Part shown: positions 12,401 to 27,400 of the stretch, in pieces
How positions within the stretch are numbered: position 1 is the first letter of the stretch
Layout: each line of letters starts with the position of its first letter
From: Botryllus schlosseri
Lineage: Eukaryota
Direction of reading: 5' to 3'
NCBI GenBank assembly: GCA_051294905.1
Contig: CM119371.1
Location: forward strand, 38,504,001-38,568,000
DNA: 64,000 nucleotides
The notes under the pieces: model-generated
What the model was told of the DNA's origin: nothing
Database searches by the model: none
What the model saw: the letters and a program-made list of their open reading frames with translations, nothing else
Made by a program: the position numbers and the translations under genes

Positions 12401-15400
12401 TTTTTTTAATTGGTCTGGTATGTATCAGCGATTCCAATCTTGAAAGTAGCGCCAATCTTTACCAGGGGTTACTAAATAACCGTGCTTCAACGAAGTAAAG
12501 TAATAACAATGGACGCCACTTGCTGCTCATATACACGCTCCAATATTATTGATCAAATTCTTCCATTTATTGAAAAAAATTTCCGCTCCGCGCGACTAGG
12601 CCCGAAATTCACACTGATTGTTCGTCACCTATAGTGTCAGCGATTTGGACTCGTCCGTGAAACGATCGCCCAATAAGCTATAGTTGGCAACAGGGAGCTT
12701 CCATAGGGTATGTGTGTGTGTGTGTGTGCGTCTAAGAATCGTATGTATAAAGGGTAGTGATGAAATTGCCCATGGAAGGATATACAGTTCTGCGAGGTGT
12801 TCCCACAGGAGAGCTTCGCTAAACTGCCCCCTCCAAAAAAAAAAAGTTTTTTCTGGCTACAACCTTGCATGTGAGCGATCTTTTGAGTGATGACTGCTTT
12901 CTCCGTAAGTCATGAAGTAACAGCAATAAATGAAAATAAAATGAATGAAGGGGGGCACGAAGCTTCGGTCAACTGAAAAAAAATTTCGCGCTCGGCGCGA
13001 TTTATCTCCGATTCGTGGTTATTGCTATGTGTATAGTCCGAATTTCAAATTTGTGAATTCTCTCATCAACAGTCATATAACCTTCCATGCCATCAAACAA
13101 TCCGTTGGGATTGCTCGCATTCTTGTTGCATTTTGTGATATGACGATAAGGGGGACGCGAAATTTTCCACTGTCATAAAGGGGGGCGTGTCGAAAAAAGA
13201 AACTCATAAATAGTCTTGCCGTGTGGTATGAACATAGTTCAAGATGTATATAATTAAGTGTCCCCTGAATGTTCGATGACACCACTTCTATTAGCCATAC
13301 CGGTAAATCTGAAAAGGAAAACGTATTTGCAATATGCAAGTAACAATATAATGAACCAATTTCATTCATTAACCATGAAAAATTTTCGCGCTTCGCGCGA
13401 ATGTGTTGACGCCTGAGTTTTCCACAATCATTATATTATTACTAGCAGTTTATGTCTGTGAGTGGAATATATGTGTAACGATCGCCCCAGATGTTGTGTT
13501 AATCATCCAATAAGGGCCCTAAGACCATCGTCTTTTACGTATTTTCTCCTTACCTTTAGGGGAGCGGTTCATTTACGTCATCGAATTTTTCGCCCCCCCC
13601 CCCAAATATTTTTTCTGGCTACGCCCATGCACCACACACAGTCGATAGTAGCACTTGGGCTGCAAGAGATGTCAGTAACCTCAGATCGTATGCCGCTATA
13701 CACAGTCTATTGTCGCTAATTTGCATCACTAATAACAAAATACTAAATTGCAAATGCATGGCGAAATATTGGACATAAAATCGGCATTTTAAAACAAAAG
13801 GTTTTCGATTTCAACATGGAAGCTGTTTCGACCCTGGCTGGCCACGTCACTTCATTTATGTGCATTGCGGTATTTATTAACGTCGGGTAGGAAGTACCGA
13901 TTCAAGAAATCTGAGCTATCGCGGCGGTTCCCTCAAAGATCACTAAAAGACAAATGACTAGCTGAAAACATGTTTGTTAACTGCATACTTTCCAACACCA
14001 AACGGATCCATTGGTCTATTGCCGACGGCTAAATGAATAGGAGAAATGCTTATGACATCACAATCAAGCGGTGTACAGTATTACACTTGAGATAACATCG
14101 TACCATATTGCTCATTAACCTGTGCGTCAACCTGTACTGGCCCATAAACCTGCCTTTGTGATAGCTAGCCATCGGCTCATTGTAATTCGGATCTGGTACA
14201 CCCCTGTACACCCCATCCGAGTGGTACACCCTTTGCAAATTCTGGTACACCCCAGGGTGTACGACAACCCCGGTTGAAGAGCACATATATAGAGTGTCTT
14301 GACTCATATGACTCTTGCCCAGTTCATGTTCAAAGTCTATAGTATAAGTCAGCTCAATGCACCAAGGGACTCAAGTCGAGGGATTTTCCATTTTTGCCGA
14401 TTTCATTGTTTTCACCGTTCAGTTACGAGCTCGAGTCAAGTTAAACATGCAATTTTACACCCCCCTACCTGGGTGATATCGAATGCCTCGAATTCATAAT
14501 ATCCGAATTTTTCTCGCTCTTAACATTTATTAGCCTTGTTGTTCAAGAACCAGTACTAACAGACAAAATATCAATAATGTGGTAACCTTACCAATCCTCG
14601 AATTGTCAAAGAATGTTGATCTCGCCGCCCGGGGCTTGAATACTATGACTTAATTGAGTATTGCGCAATGACTCGTGTAAAAGTCGATTCAATACACAGA
14701 GTGACTCAAGTCGATTAAATCGCCGTGTTCAAGAAATGACCTCTTATCAAGTCGAGTCATCAAAAATCGCGTCTCGAGTCGGCTTGATTTAGTGTATTAC
14801 AACTCTGCAAGGAGGTATTCCAGTTATGGCTGGGTACTATGATTAGAGTGCTTAAATCCGTGCAGCGTTCGAAACAAGTCACGTTCGCATCGCTATAGTC
14901 AATTGGAGTCATTGCAAATTTTTAACCAAGTCAAGTCACTCATTGTTTGGGAAAGAAGTTGCAGATATCTAAATATATCCGTGCATTCGTATCAGCGTAT
15001 TTTTGCAATATCTCCGGGAATACAAATGAAGCAGGTGTGCGTATGAGTAATTGATAGATTTGTGAAAATTAACACCATCCGCTGAATAATTGAACAAATA
15101 CATCTAGAGCCGTGACGTTGTAATGACTCCGAGCATTTTTGTAAATTTCCATGGCGTATGCATGCTGATAACAATTATTTGATAAGTACCAGGTAGCAAT
15201 AATCTGAATAATAATCGTAGATAAATACTCCGTGCCGGTTTATCCATGCTATAAAAGCAAAGACTCTGTGACCTATTATCACCTAGTATTAAAGGAAATC
15301 CATCTTCAAAACACAGGGTTGATGCCATGTATAGAGTGAGTGAACGCGAGATATAATGCCTAGCGTGGGCTACCATATCCCTATCATCATGTTGTGATGT

Positions 15401-18400
15401 GCAATCAATTTGTATTGATATGCAGAAGGTATCGGGCATGGCGAGTTATTAACTGCAGACGGGAGTACAATGCTATTTTCTATTCTAAAGACAAGTGTGA
15501 CATATATCACCAATAAGCTCAGTTTCGATTATTTTTAAATCGTCCACGATGTTTGCGTCTGCCGTTAGTACACTAATCTTAAATCAGTGTTAGTGAGCAG
15601 AATCAGCGTAAAAATGGAGAAGTATCGCAGAAGCCGACGATTTACTCTGGGCGGAAGGAGAAACACGCCGATTTTGAAGATCGCAAAAATGCAAGGGAAT
15701 TTATTGGTAAGGAAATGTTAGGGTGTGGAATCCTTCTGGAAAGCAGGGTAACTGTATGAGATTTTATATGGATTTTTCCACATGAACATCACAAAATTAT
15801 TTCTGATAATATCGGCTTTTCAAAAGCACAGGGTTAAAGTTTTAAATGGGAGTGGTTTCGACCCAAAAATACTCCATAGCTACGCCACTGTTAGCAGTGA
15901 CGGCTCTGAGTGAACAATGGATACAAGAGCATCGTAAAACACAGACTCTGACAAAGAGATAATTCGATTTGTCTAGATTAATTAGAGCAAGATGCCGGTA
16001 ATCCAATTTAATCAAATCGAATATATGAAACGAATATATGCTTTCATTTTCATTATAGCCGAGTTTCTGATTTACCTGAAAATGTTGTATACTGTGAAAC
16101 GAACCAGCGCTTGCTGTGCAGACATTTGCCATTCGCGTGCCATATGAGAATAAACCCTGGTTTGATACGAACCGAACATGATTCGATTTCGCTTTCGCAA
16201 ATTCAGTAATTCCAATTCTAGTCAAATTTGAAAAATAAGTTCGTAGCTATCATTCTAATTCTCGTCTAACTCGGGAAAAACTGTCTAGCTATAATTTTAC
16301 TTCCACCCTCATTTCGAAAAGCTGAAAATCTTCCGAGTTACCAAACTCTGATGGAACACACCACCGGCGTCACGATGCACGCCAAATGATGACGCGTGTT
16401 TGCTAGTTGCCCTGTTGCCCTGCAACTAATTTATTTTCTAATTACTCAACTGTAGAACTAGAACGAGAACTACTGACTTTTGAAGATCAGCTGCTTGAAC
16501 TAAAACTAGAACTACTCAAAAAATAGTAGTTGATGGACAGTCAACTGGCAACAATAATTTTCACAATTCTCGTCGTAACACAAACACTCTGTTTGTCTAA
16601 CGACAATGCCACGGCTTGCATACCACTTACCTAATTACGATAGTAGCAGGCATGACACTATATAATCAAGGGTGAAAGCGTAATATGTAATGAATGCATT
16701 GGGGGCACGTTCCAGCGCACGTGACTGCGACCTCAATGAGCAACATATCAGCAGGGGTTCGTCAAAGGTCCCCCGTAATCCGTTTAACGGCCGGGAAACG
16801 CTCAGCTGTCGCGGCGCTAACTCGATGTGTTTCTGCAAAGTTAATTGCGGAGATTACGATCGATACAGAGCATTTTTTCGTGTTTTGTAAATTCTGGGAA
16901 ATGTGGGACTTTTCGTGGGCGAGCGGGAGAGCACTTAAGCAGAGACAATGTCGCTGTGAGATTATATCAGTTGCCGCGCTACGGTGGGATGAGTCCTTTG
17001 GCAATGTTAGGGTTCATGGTGTAAGTCAGTCATTTTATTTAAATTTACATCCGCTAAAACGCCATGAGATTGCGATATAGAGAAAAGGTAGAAAGGTGTC
17101 GAAACGACTTGGAGTGGTCGTGACTTTCCGAATACGCGGTGAGAAGTTAAACCGGTACAGAAATTGCTCAGCGAATGATATTTGGTCAGTACATACGAAT
17201 TTAAGGTTGTGTAAATTTGGGTTCTACTATAACATAGTTATCTTGTTACACGTCCGTTCATGTTTAGATTGAACCGGGCGTTATTCTTGTTGCTTCGTGA
17301 CTAGGGGAAACAATTTCCGACCTGCAAGTCGAATATTTAGACATTTAGACATTTTTTACTTTTCATAATATATAACTTTATAATTTTGACATGATACAGT
17401 TTACATGACGTACTTTGTGGTGCAATTATCCGGATTTTCCTTCATTATTTAGAACAGGGCTTGTGTTGATTTGAGCTCGATGCCATGGACAGCGTACTAA
17501 ACCTTTTTATACATTGCTTCTTTGTACAGTTGCAATTATACTTTTCGATATCCTCACCTTTGGCGCTCATACATCTTTTTCATGCCAGGTCGATAATTCA
17601 CATGGTAGTTCGACCGCATTTAATTCAACTATAAAGGTGTCGTCTCATTTATTATTCCTCGTTCTTTACATGCGATATGATCACTCTAGCGCTTGAAATA
17701 CTTCGAAGGGAGAGTCCGTTGCGTAGCGAATTATAAATGCATTTTTAGTGACGTACGAAGACGTACATGCTGAACGTAACCTTTATTATTGAGGATGCGT
17801 TGAAAATATCCTTACCGCGTGTTTGGAAATAATTGGTTGAGCAACTGTTCGTATAGTCATTGGTTCAGGAGTCTGTAGTGTGGTCTTAGTAGTAGAGTAT
17901 CATGAAAGCTATATCAGTTAGACAACGGTGCGTAGGTCGACTGTTCTGTGGAACAAGTCTGACCATCGGAGAGTGCATGACGTTCTGCCATTGTCAAACG
18001 TGTAATTTTTAATCTTGTTTGTGTGGAAAATTACCGAAATGACAAATTTTGCGTCGTCGCAACACCCCGTTCATTTTTCCATTGACGTACCTCGGAGTCA
18101 ACTTTTATCAAAATGCGCCACCCTAGCTTTTGCGAACAAAAGGAGTTCGTGTGTATCCTAAAAATAGTACTTTGAGCTTACGTCATCCGTTTGCCCGTAT
18201 TACTTCAATTGTAATGCCGGTGACGTCTTATTCGGTGCTACCATTGTTGATATACAATGTTCTTTTCAATCTTTTACAAAAGTAGCTGACGATTATCCGT
18301 GACGAGTGTCAGTCGAAAATATTCAATTTTATTCACATTGAATATATTATCCAGTTTTAAGCTATTCCATTCTATATCCAAAGCAGTGGATGTATATATT

Positions 18401-21400
18401 TGCACCCAAATTGTGGTGATTTGCATTTACTCCCTACATGGTGTATAACCAATATTTCCACCCACTATCGATTGGAAAAGTTTTTCTCTCTATAATGCCA
18501 TTCCTCCCACCAATCACTGACTAATATGGAACTCTTGTAGCTTAAATTGTTGTAAAATGTTATTGTGAGCCGCATCGGGTTAAACGTTAAATATTTAGGT
18601 TTTCTTTGGAGAGTGGCCAATCGATTGCATCGATTTGTTTTGCAAAATTCGGAAATAAATCTCGCTAGAGGAGCAGTTAGGAAGATAGTTGACGCGCGGT
18701 CGCGAGTCGTTTTAATAAATTATTCCACACAAGAATAATATAATAGTACGCAAGCAGTTAATGATAGGCACAAGGACGTACCTTTTATTGGGTCGCAGCG
18801 AACCATTTGTTTTTCAATACTGAGTTTCATAATTGAAGTAAATGTTTGTTTACATATCAGACTTATTGGATATATGAAATGTTATACATGTACAATTGTA
18901 CAATGTACATGTTATGTCAGTCTGTCATATTTGCGAATATCTAGCCTACTATAGTCCTACTAGTTTTTCGACTACATGCCTCATCTTACAATAAAACTGG
19001 CAATGTGGATGAAATGCAATGAAAACTAAATCGCATTTGAATCAGATGGAGAAAAATCCAAACCGTTGCGATGCTTGAATTTATGAATTTTTTTTCGACC
19101 CCCACATCGATTTGCTCCGACCTTCGTGGCAAAACGTATAGATTCGTCCTTTAACATGCGAATAAATATTTGAATACAACCAAATTCCAGGGAGAGAAGG
19201 CTGTATATCACGATTTGATGTTTGAAGCATAACGAGCCCCGCAAGAGCAGTAACGACCAGCAGAACAGATCCAGAATTGTGAATTGAGGATGTCAGTCTG
19301 CTCGACAGCTATCTATGTGTCTGGGACTTAATTTTTGCAGATTCACGTTAGCTGAGGTGGCAATCTATGTCGACGAATTCAGATAATTCATAATCTTGTG
19401 TTTGACAGTGCGAAGAAATCGCTATCCAATAATTTTACTATACTTTTTATATGAATCAGATAAAATGTAGCGATATATGTGACATTCAAATTCTGGACTC
19501 AGGCATTTCAGACGAGTGCGTTACGATACCGAAAGGCTTCAAACAATAAGTGGAAAAGTCTCAGTGCGGTACATACCTGCCTGTCAACGCGGTATTCAGT
19601 TAATCATTCGAGGCACTGGAAAATATTTGAGAAGTGCAAGATTTATAGTTTTGGTTACATCGTATGAAGATCAAGTGGTTGAAAGTTAGATCGTCCGTTG
19701 TTTAGGAACTATCTAATCTCCAAGACAAGACACGGCAATTTTAAATAAGCAGGTTTAGTGCCCACCTGATAAGCGAAGTCAGCAGAACGATCAGTTTACT
19801 TGAGGCAGTACATTGGCGTGTTTCTCGCATAGATAGTTGCAAGAAATCTATATTTTCTCGCATGTTAAAGGTATAGTGTCCATCCAATCCGTCTCATCAT
19901 GTTCAGCGGAACTGCCGAGTTACTGGGACCCATGTATGCGGTTGTTCCGTCCATGAGAGCGATAAATTCACGTACGCGCGCTGGAAACAATGCTGAATCA
20001 ATCCCCGGCGCAAAGGTAAATATGTTTGAAGTTAACAATGCGACGACACTTTCAACGGACAAACTGGCTCATAATAATCGCGCCAAAATACAATTTCTGT
20101 TACGAAAAAGTGTTAATAACTGATAACAATGCATTATTCTTCTCGTATATACATCTATCATAATTAGGCACAAACGGATTTACCAATATATTGCGTGTGA
20201 TCCGGATCGCCGGTAGATTCGCGCTGAAATATTCGAAACTGAAATATTAGCATGCTACACTTGAAAATATGTCTTAATAACCCAAAACTAACCTTGACTC
20301 CAAAATTAATCCTTCATAACCGTAACCCTGACCACTAACCCAACCCTATAACCCTATAACCCACATGCTCAAGTATCACATGCTCACAGTACCAATAATG
20401 ATCAATCAAAACGCGTTAGCTACCATTAGCTCTGTAGTTTTGAGCGCAACAAATATCCCTATTACCGAATTCCTCTGTTCCGTGGTACCGTTTAGTTATA
20501 CTTCGAAAGAAGTGAGCAATGATCGGCGCCGCCGTTATCGACGCAATTAACATGCAGGCCTCAGCGGCCCTTCCCCTGGTAGCTCGTGGAAAGCCGGGGC
20601 CAGCGAATACGCCCCAAGAGAAGGTGAGAATTACAATAGTCAAGTAATGAGGCCGCATGTTGGTTCGGAACGACAGTATATGTACAATGACAATATTAAT
20701 AGCCGACGATATAGCGTAATGGTAGAGCATCCGGCTTTTTCATCAGTAGGTCGTGGATTAAACCCTCGACCTGATGGGAAAAAGTACTATCAATGGCTTC
20801 CCGGCTTGGCGCTCAGCATTTTGGAATGATATGGACAATGGCTATATCTGTACCTTCCTTATTAGGCGACATACGCATATCATGTATAAATATGCCGCAA
20901 AAACGTCAAGGACAAAATATACCACGTCCTTCCCGATTACTTTTCTTACATATTCCTGTTGCATCTGGTAATCAGAGATTATGAGTGTTATGGACGAAAG
21001 ATAGGCAATATAAACACCAGTTACATTTCTTGAACATTCCGTGATTCCAGTTATTTCTACTCCAAGCGTTATTTAGCAAATGATGAGTGAGATTTAATGT
21101 TAAATAATACGGGTTGTTTTTGTGCGGTGGTCGGATTCTTGTGCTGCCGATTTCTAGGCGTACAAACCTGACTAATGGGTTGTCTATTGACGATAATCGA
21201 TGTAACTCACACACTTCTACCACGAGTTTAATATCAAATCATAGATGATATCCAAATGAACGTAGCAGACATGTAACAGCCTATGTGGTAGCAAGAAAGA
21301 GACGAATTAACGTATAGGAACGTAATAAAAACGTGAGAGAAGGTTTGCTTACAAATGATTGTTGATTACGAGCGCAAATAAAAGTGAATCAATACCATGC

Positions 21401-24400
21401 GTAATTGCCAACACGTGTATGCTGCATGTGCTACGAGCTGTTTTGTGCCCATTGTTGTCAGCTGTCTCCAAAATCACCGAAATAATGCAGACAAGAATGA
21501 TTCGTATCGACTTGTGGTGCCGTGAGTTGAGATCGTACAGTAACGAGGACTTTTTAATTATGTTAAAAATGTAACTGGAGATGCCGGGCATCGATCCCGG
21601 TGCCTCACACATGCTAAGCGTGCGCTCTACCACTTGAGCTACATCCCCGACATACTTTCAGGTATTCAAACTCAATCCATTGTTTAGTTGGATAACCGGA
21701 TAAACGTGAAGTGTTACGCGTTAATTATAAATTTATAGCAGTACAATCTCCGGTAACCAATCACTTACAGCCGCGGCGAGTTTTGTTATGATACGACCGC
21801 AGCCCCGTACGAGTACGTAGCGTCATATCCAACAGATCAGAACTAGATATCATGCGTGGGATAGATGATCTTTTGCAGGGGTGGCCAACCTGCGTCCGCA
21901 GGATGAAATTGGTGCGGCCGTCGACATGCAAAATAGAATTTACGAATTGACTGCTGCGATTCAGTGCGAATTTATTTTTCGATTTTAATATAGTTGTGCT
22001 CTTGCAATCGGAGCCACAAAGTACAGATGCGAACAGCAGCGAAAATGCTGCGCCCCATATAGAAATACCAACTTGGAATTGTGTGCTCCTCGCGAATAAA
22101 ATTTGTTTATAGTGCGTTTCCAGCACTCTTACACTGTACCGAGAATCCTGGTGGGAGGTCCATAATATCAACATGCAACTAATGACAAGAATAATAACAA
22201 TTGTGCCACACAAAGATGCGTTCATCATATATAGCTTGCGCTTAATTCCCGAAAACATCCCTCCGTCAACTTTACAGGTGAATCTGATCAGCTGGGCTGA
22301 GAGAGGATACAAATTTGATTGTTATATGTGAAACTACTAACATTAATGACGAAATTCATTCGTGAATATGATAAGATTTTCGCGCTTGGCGCGATCACAG
22401 CGTATCCCATGACTACTGACCTCTCATGATTTCGGTGCGTATAGTATGCCGATATCGAAAGTAGATTAGTTCGCAGAGTTTACCGGAAATGGAATTGGAC
22501 AGTTAATATTGGTATTTCGCATCCAGTTAGTTCATTACGGATATGCCCAGGAATGCGGCCGTGAATAGCTAAAAGGTTGGCCACCCCTGATCTTGTGGTT
22601 AGTGAAATAGTGTTCAAATTTGGATACACTGTGTATTGTAAAGGAAAACCATCGCCTAACAGCTACCAAGTTACAGAAAAATAAGATATATACAAGTCCT
22701 AACTATCCTGACGTGCTGATACGCTTCGTACACCCGGCGTAAATATGATTGTGCAAAGCAAATCCTCAAAATAAAATGGACGATGCTAAATCGTGTTCAG
22801 AAGTGCGCACGCCAACATCCTGCCTACACTGTAAAAAATAAAAACCTCGATTTACCGCGAAATGTTTGGAAGCACGGTAGCCAGACATTTCGTGGTAATC
22901 TAACATTACCGTTAGTCAATGTAAATTTAACTTACACTCGTCCGGTAATCTCACTTTACACGCCAGACTGTAATGTTACAGTCTCCTCCGCTATATCTAA
23001 TCTACATGTTGTCCTGTACATTTGCGATCGAGACTGTCATTTTACCGCCTACCTACCTACATGCTGTCCCTGTAAATCAGGATTACATACCAGCTTGTAA
23101 ATTCACGTACATCCATACCTATCGCAAAGCAACCCGATGCAAAAATATCGCAACATTTTCTTCACATCCCCAAAACGACATTGGAACTAACTGTATATTC
23201 ATTCATGATATCACGATGAAGTGGTATCGATGGAAAAATATTGCTGCTGGAGGTCTAATTCTTCTTTAGGAGACATGCAGTAACACGAGTGGTCTCAAGA
23301 AAACGTGAATTAATTCCACCACCGGCCAAACTTCCAATTGTTTCTTTTTCTCGTTCTCATTCCTTCTGTGTAAGTAGTATCTTGCAGTTCCACTAAAAAT
23401 AATTCATGCGTAAGTCGCTATATAAAGCAAAGTTCCTAACCTGGACAGTGGACATGACATTATAAAGACTAAGACAAATAGGCTAACAAAAATATAACAT
23501 GTTTTGAAGTACCGGTACTGGCACATTGTGTGATGACGGCTCCGCCTTTTACATGACATAGCAGAGATTCATGACTTTATCTCTGTATTGAAGCAAAAGG
23601 TTCCTAATTTAAGGTGGCATGTGTGGCAAACAAATCCAGCAGTGGATGAAAACATATCTATGCTACGGCCCGAAAATGACATTACCAAGCCAACAGTTTC
23701 AACTCCTCCGCAGCGGAGTATGTGGTCACTATGTATATAAGTCGACAAATATCCCAAAATAGAACAGAGAATGCGGCGAATGAAATATATCAATCATGAA
23801 ATCTAAGTCATCGAGGGCTGGTGCGCAGAGTCAGATATTCACGGTAACAAATACTATGTAGTACTGTATTACCTTTTAAGATGCGTATTCCATTCAGCAT
23901 TCCTAGGAATCTTCAACGATCGTGTCCACTTTCTTCAAGCACAACAAGCTTCGCACCACCCTTTGCTCAAATCTCACTAATGGCCACTGGCCAGACGACC
24001 CTCGAACGATTTCGAAGTAAACGGTATTCATCCGCTGACACATGACACCAATAATATTTACTGGCCACGTTATAATGTTTGATCTGGGTCGTTTTTTCCA
24101 TACAGAAACATTTATCATAGCATATAGTCCCTTTTTTCATCTAATTTCGTATAAATTGATATATGTTCCATGTGTTGTTCACTACTTACTGTACTTACGT
24201 AACCAGACGCTGCTTGTGATGTCACAGTTGTGCGTTGGTTGTTTACTACGAATCTCAGAAAAAGCAGTCACCTAATGTAACCGATTACAGGTCGCCTTGT
24301 CCGCCATTAACAAATGGTCAGCTGAGCATGCGGTGCTGATATTTCTAGTTCCCCCGAGCAATATTATACATCCTGAACTAATTTTCTAACTTATCAGCCT

Positions 24401-27400
24401 TATTCGTGACAACGAATGTAACCAGCGAGACTGGCCGTACAGCCATTGCCTTATAATATAATATGGCTACGGTGTACCACATTAGCTACGATTGTCAGTT
24501 ATTTCTTGTACCCTACTAAGCTTAAATTGATACTAGGGCCAACAGTTTCGGTATGACAGACCGCAGTCTCGCAAACGAGGTTCAATCAGGTCAAGTCACC
24601 TCTAGAATGATATATCAGTAACATTCAGTTCTACGTATACATTGGCTGCAGCGATTTTGAAGCTAATCAATTTTGCCAATAGCCCGGTAAACTGCAGTAA
24701 CGAGTAACTGTCAGTAATTATGCGAAGAAATTCTGGTAACTTACTTTACAGCTATATTAAGGTAATATTACATATTAAAATGTAAAATGACAAGCTACGC
24801 ACAGTAATTGGCTGCGACCGGTAATTTGTGGTAAAATTTACAGAGATTTCCCCGTAAATCTACCAGATTTTTTACAGTGTACATTTTAGCTGAATATCGG
24901 CTGTATCGAATAATCAAAATGTGGTCGCATTTGTCGTATATTCCAGTATCAAATAGGATTTAGTAGGTAATGGTGTCAATGTAGCAATTCGTGGAATTGG
25001 AAACGTGTAGCAACGTGGAAAGAAAAACACATCGTCTAAATGATCACGTAAATTATAGTGTCCTCGATTCAAGTGAACTCACGCACCTTAGACCCAAAGA
25101 AAAGCTCGTCCTTGAATCACCCCCTGAATATTAAGTTAGAACAGGTTTAAAGTCAGGAATTATGACAGTGACAAACACAATTTATGAATAATCCTGTTTG
25201 TACGAGACATTTTCGTCTGAGACCATTCAATCTTCCATTTTTGTACTTAAGAATCGACTTTGATCAAAATCTGACAACCGGTTAAGTGCATCTGTACGCC
25301 TGCATTATGAGAATTTTTATGCCGGTGACGTAATATTTTATGACGTGATTGTTGATGCACATTATTCTTGTCAATTCTCTAATAGTTGTTGACCAATACC
25401 GTCGAAGAATGTCAGAAAAATTATTCGGAGGTCAAGCACCAAGGATATAAACTAATACATACGTTGTCTTTGCCGCAATGCATTATAAAAAATAACTGGA
25501 GATGCCGGGCATCGATCCCGGTGCCTCACACATGCTAAGCGTGCGCTCTACCACTTGAGCTACATCCCCCACGACCAAGATCGCGGATACCATCATTACT
25601 AATTTGTGGTAGAGTGGTGAATCAAACAGATTTGGAGTGTTATCAGCATCAGACAACAACACAGCCCTCGACAACTCATCTCATACGATCGCCGTCAATT
25701 TAAATCGAAGGGAATGAAAGCCTCGATTGCGACAGCTGTCTGATTTGAGAGAACTGGAAATTATACAGTTCTAGCTGAGATTTTAGATATATATTGTTGA
25801 ATTTGTGCTATCACGGAACGACTTATATAACGTAGCTAATTGATATACATTGCATACAGTACACGGTATGATTGTGTATATCTCCGTATGTACGCTTTGT
25901 AAGTATAAATGAAAATTATGATTCGTCTAGGCGAATTCCGTATGTTTAACATACAAGTCCATGTCACTAACACGAAACGAAGGAGATATATTTGCTTGAT
26001 TCTTCTTGATTTACTCTTATAGACATGGTGCACAAATCATCCGTCATTTTCTTGAAATTTTTTTCGGACCGAAACATCACAAGACCGCGATATAATGGAA
26101 AGATAGGAGGGTTTCTAAACGACTTGCAGTAGACTGACAGTTTGAACAATATCAGCTGCACTGCATCATACATCTCTTCATTACAGAAAAAAAAACAATG
26201 GAATAGCATATTTAGATTGAAATGAACCCGAATATTTTCGGCTGACACTCGTCAGGGGTCAGCAACTTGGGGAAAAGAACATTGTGTCTCAACAATGGCA
26301 TCAAAAATATGACGTCACCGGCGATCGTTGATATACAATTTTCTTTCTTCACTCTACTAGTTGCTGACGATTACCCCCGACGAGTGTCAACCGAAAATAT
26401 TCGGGTTTATTTCAATATGAATATACTCTTCAATTGTATATTGAAGTTGTGTACCTCCAAAAAGCTCTTGCAAATGAAAAACCTATATACAAACGAAATT
26501 TGCTGTATAGTTGCTGTTGAACTAACACATCGTTTGCATGTTTCCGCAAATGAAACATTGTACAAAATTGCAGGAACTTGTTGGCAGCAATCCGGAAGAG
26601 CGGAACTGGACCGGAATCACCATTTCGTTGGGAGTCATCTTGACCGTCATCGGACTCGTGGTGCTGTCCGTGATTATACTGACGCCGGGTAAGAATTATT
26701 ATGAATGACTGACCTCACTCGACTAAAAATAGTTTTACAACTTGTCTTAATTACAGATAGGGTTGCATTTAAAATCAAACTTATAAAACAAACACGTTTG
26801 AAACATTGCCCTTGTTTAGAACCTGTCTTTGTTGTTGTTTTTGTGTTTTGTTAGCCATATCATCAGGAGTTCATATGAACGACTGTGCTAAAATGTATAT
26901 CGTCAGCATGAGTTCAAAATTTCAAACCATAATCCGATTTGTCTACCGGTCTACATTAAGTTGTTGTTAATCTCGTCGTTGTGTTTCAAACAAAAAAAAA
27001 CATGGTTTGTATCACTTGTCTACAAGACGTGAATGTATTCCTAGAAACAGGGACGACGAATTCATGAAATCACTGATGCTTGACAGAATTTCGAATTACT
27101 CCTAATATATTTTACATATGTGAGCTGTTTTGTGAATATGATACCGGTTCTTGCATGGATCCCGAAGTATTTCGATATGATGTTTTTCTACATAACCTCT
27201 AATGTTACATTTATTGGTAATTGACAGATTTGGCTCAATTTTTATTTGCATCGATAACCTATCTATTGACTTCTGAATGTAAAATTCCTATGTTAAATTC
27301 AGAAACGCGACTCACCGTCGTACCGAATGTGACTCTCTCGGCTATCGTGACGAAACCGTGGACTATCGCCGACGCGCAATGGGTTGGGAGTCATCTCATG

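Noticed and set aside
21761..22312. Longest ORF in the supplied track (183 aa, minus strand)
   Set aside because: Lies mostly inside a hAT element, has no recognisable domain and no true ATG start; likely spurious, like most track ORFs outside the exons listed
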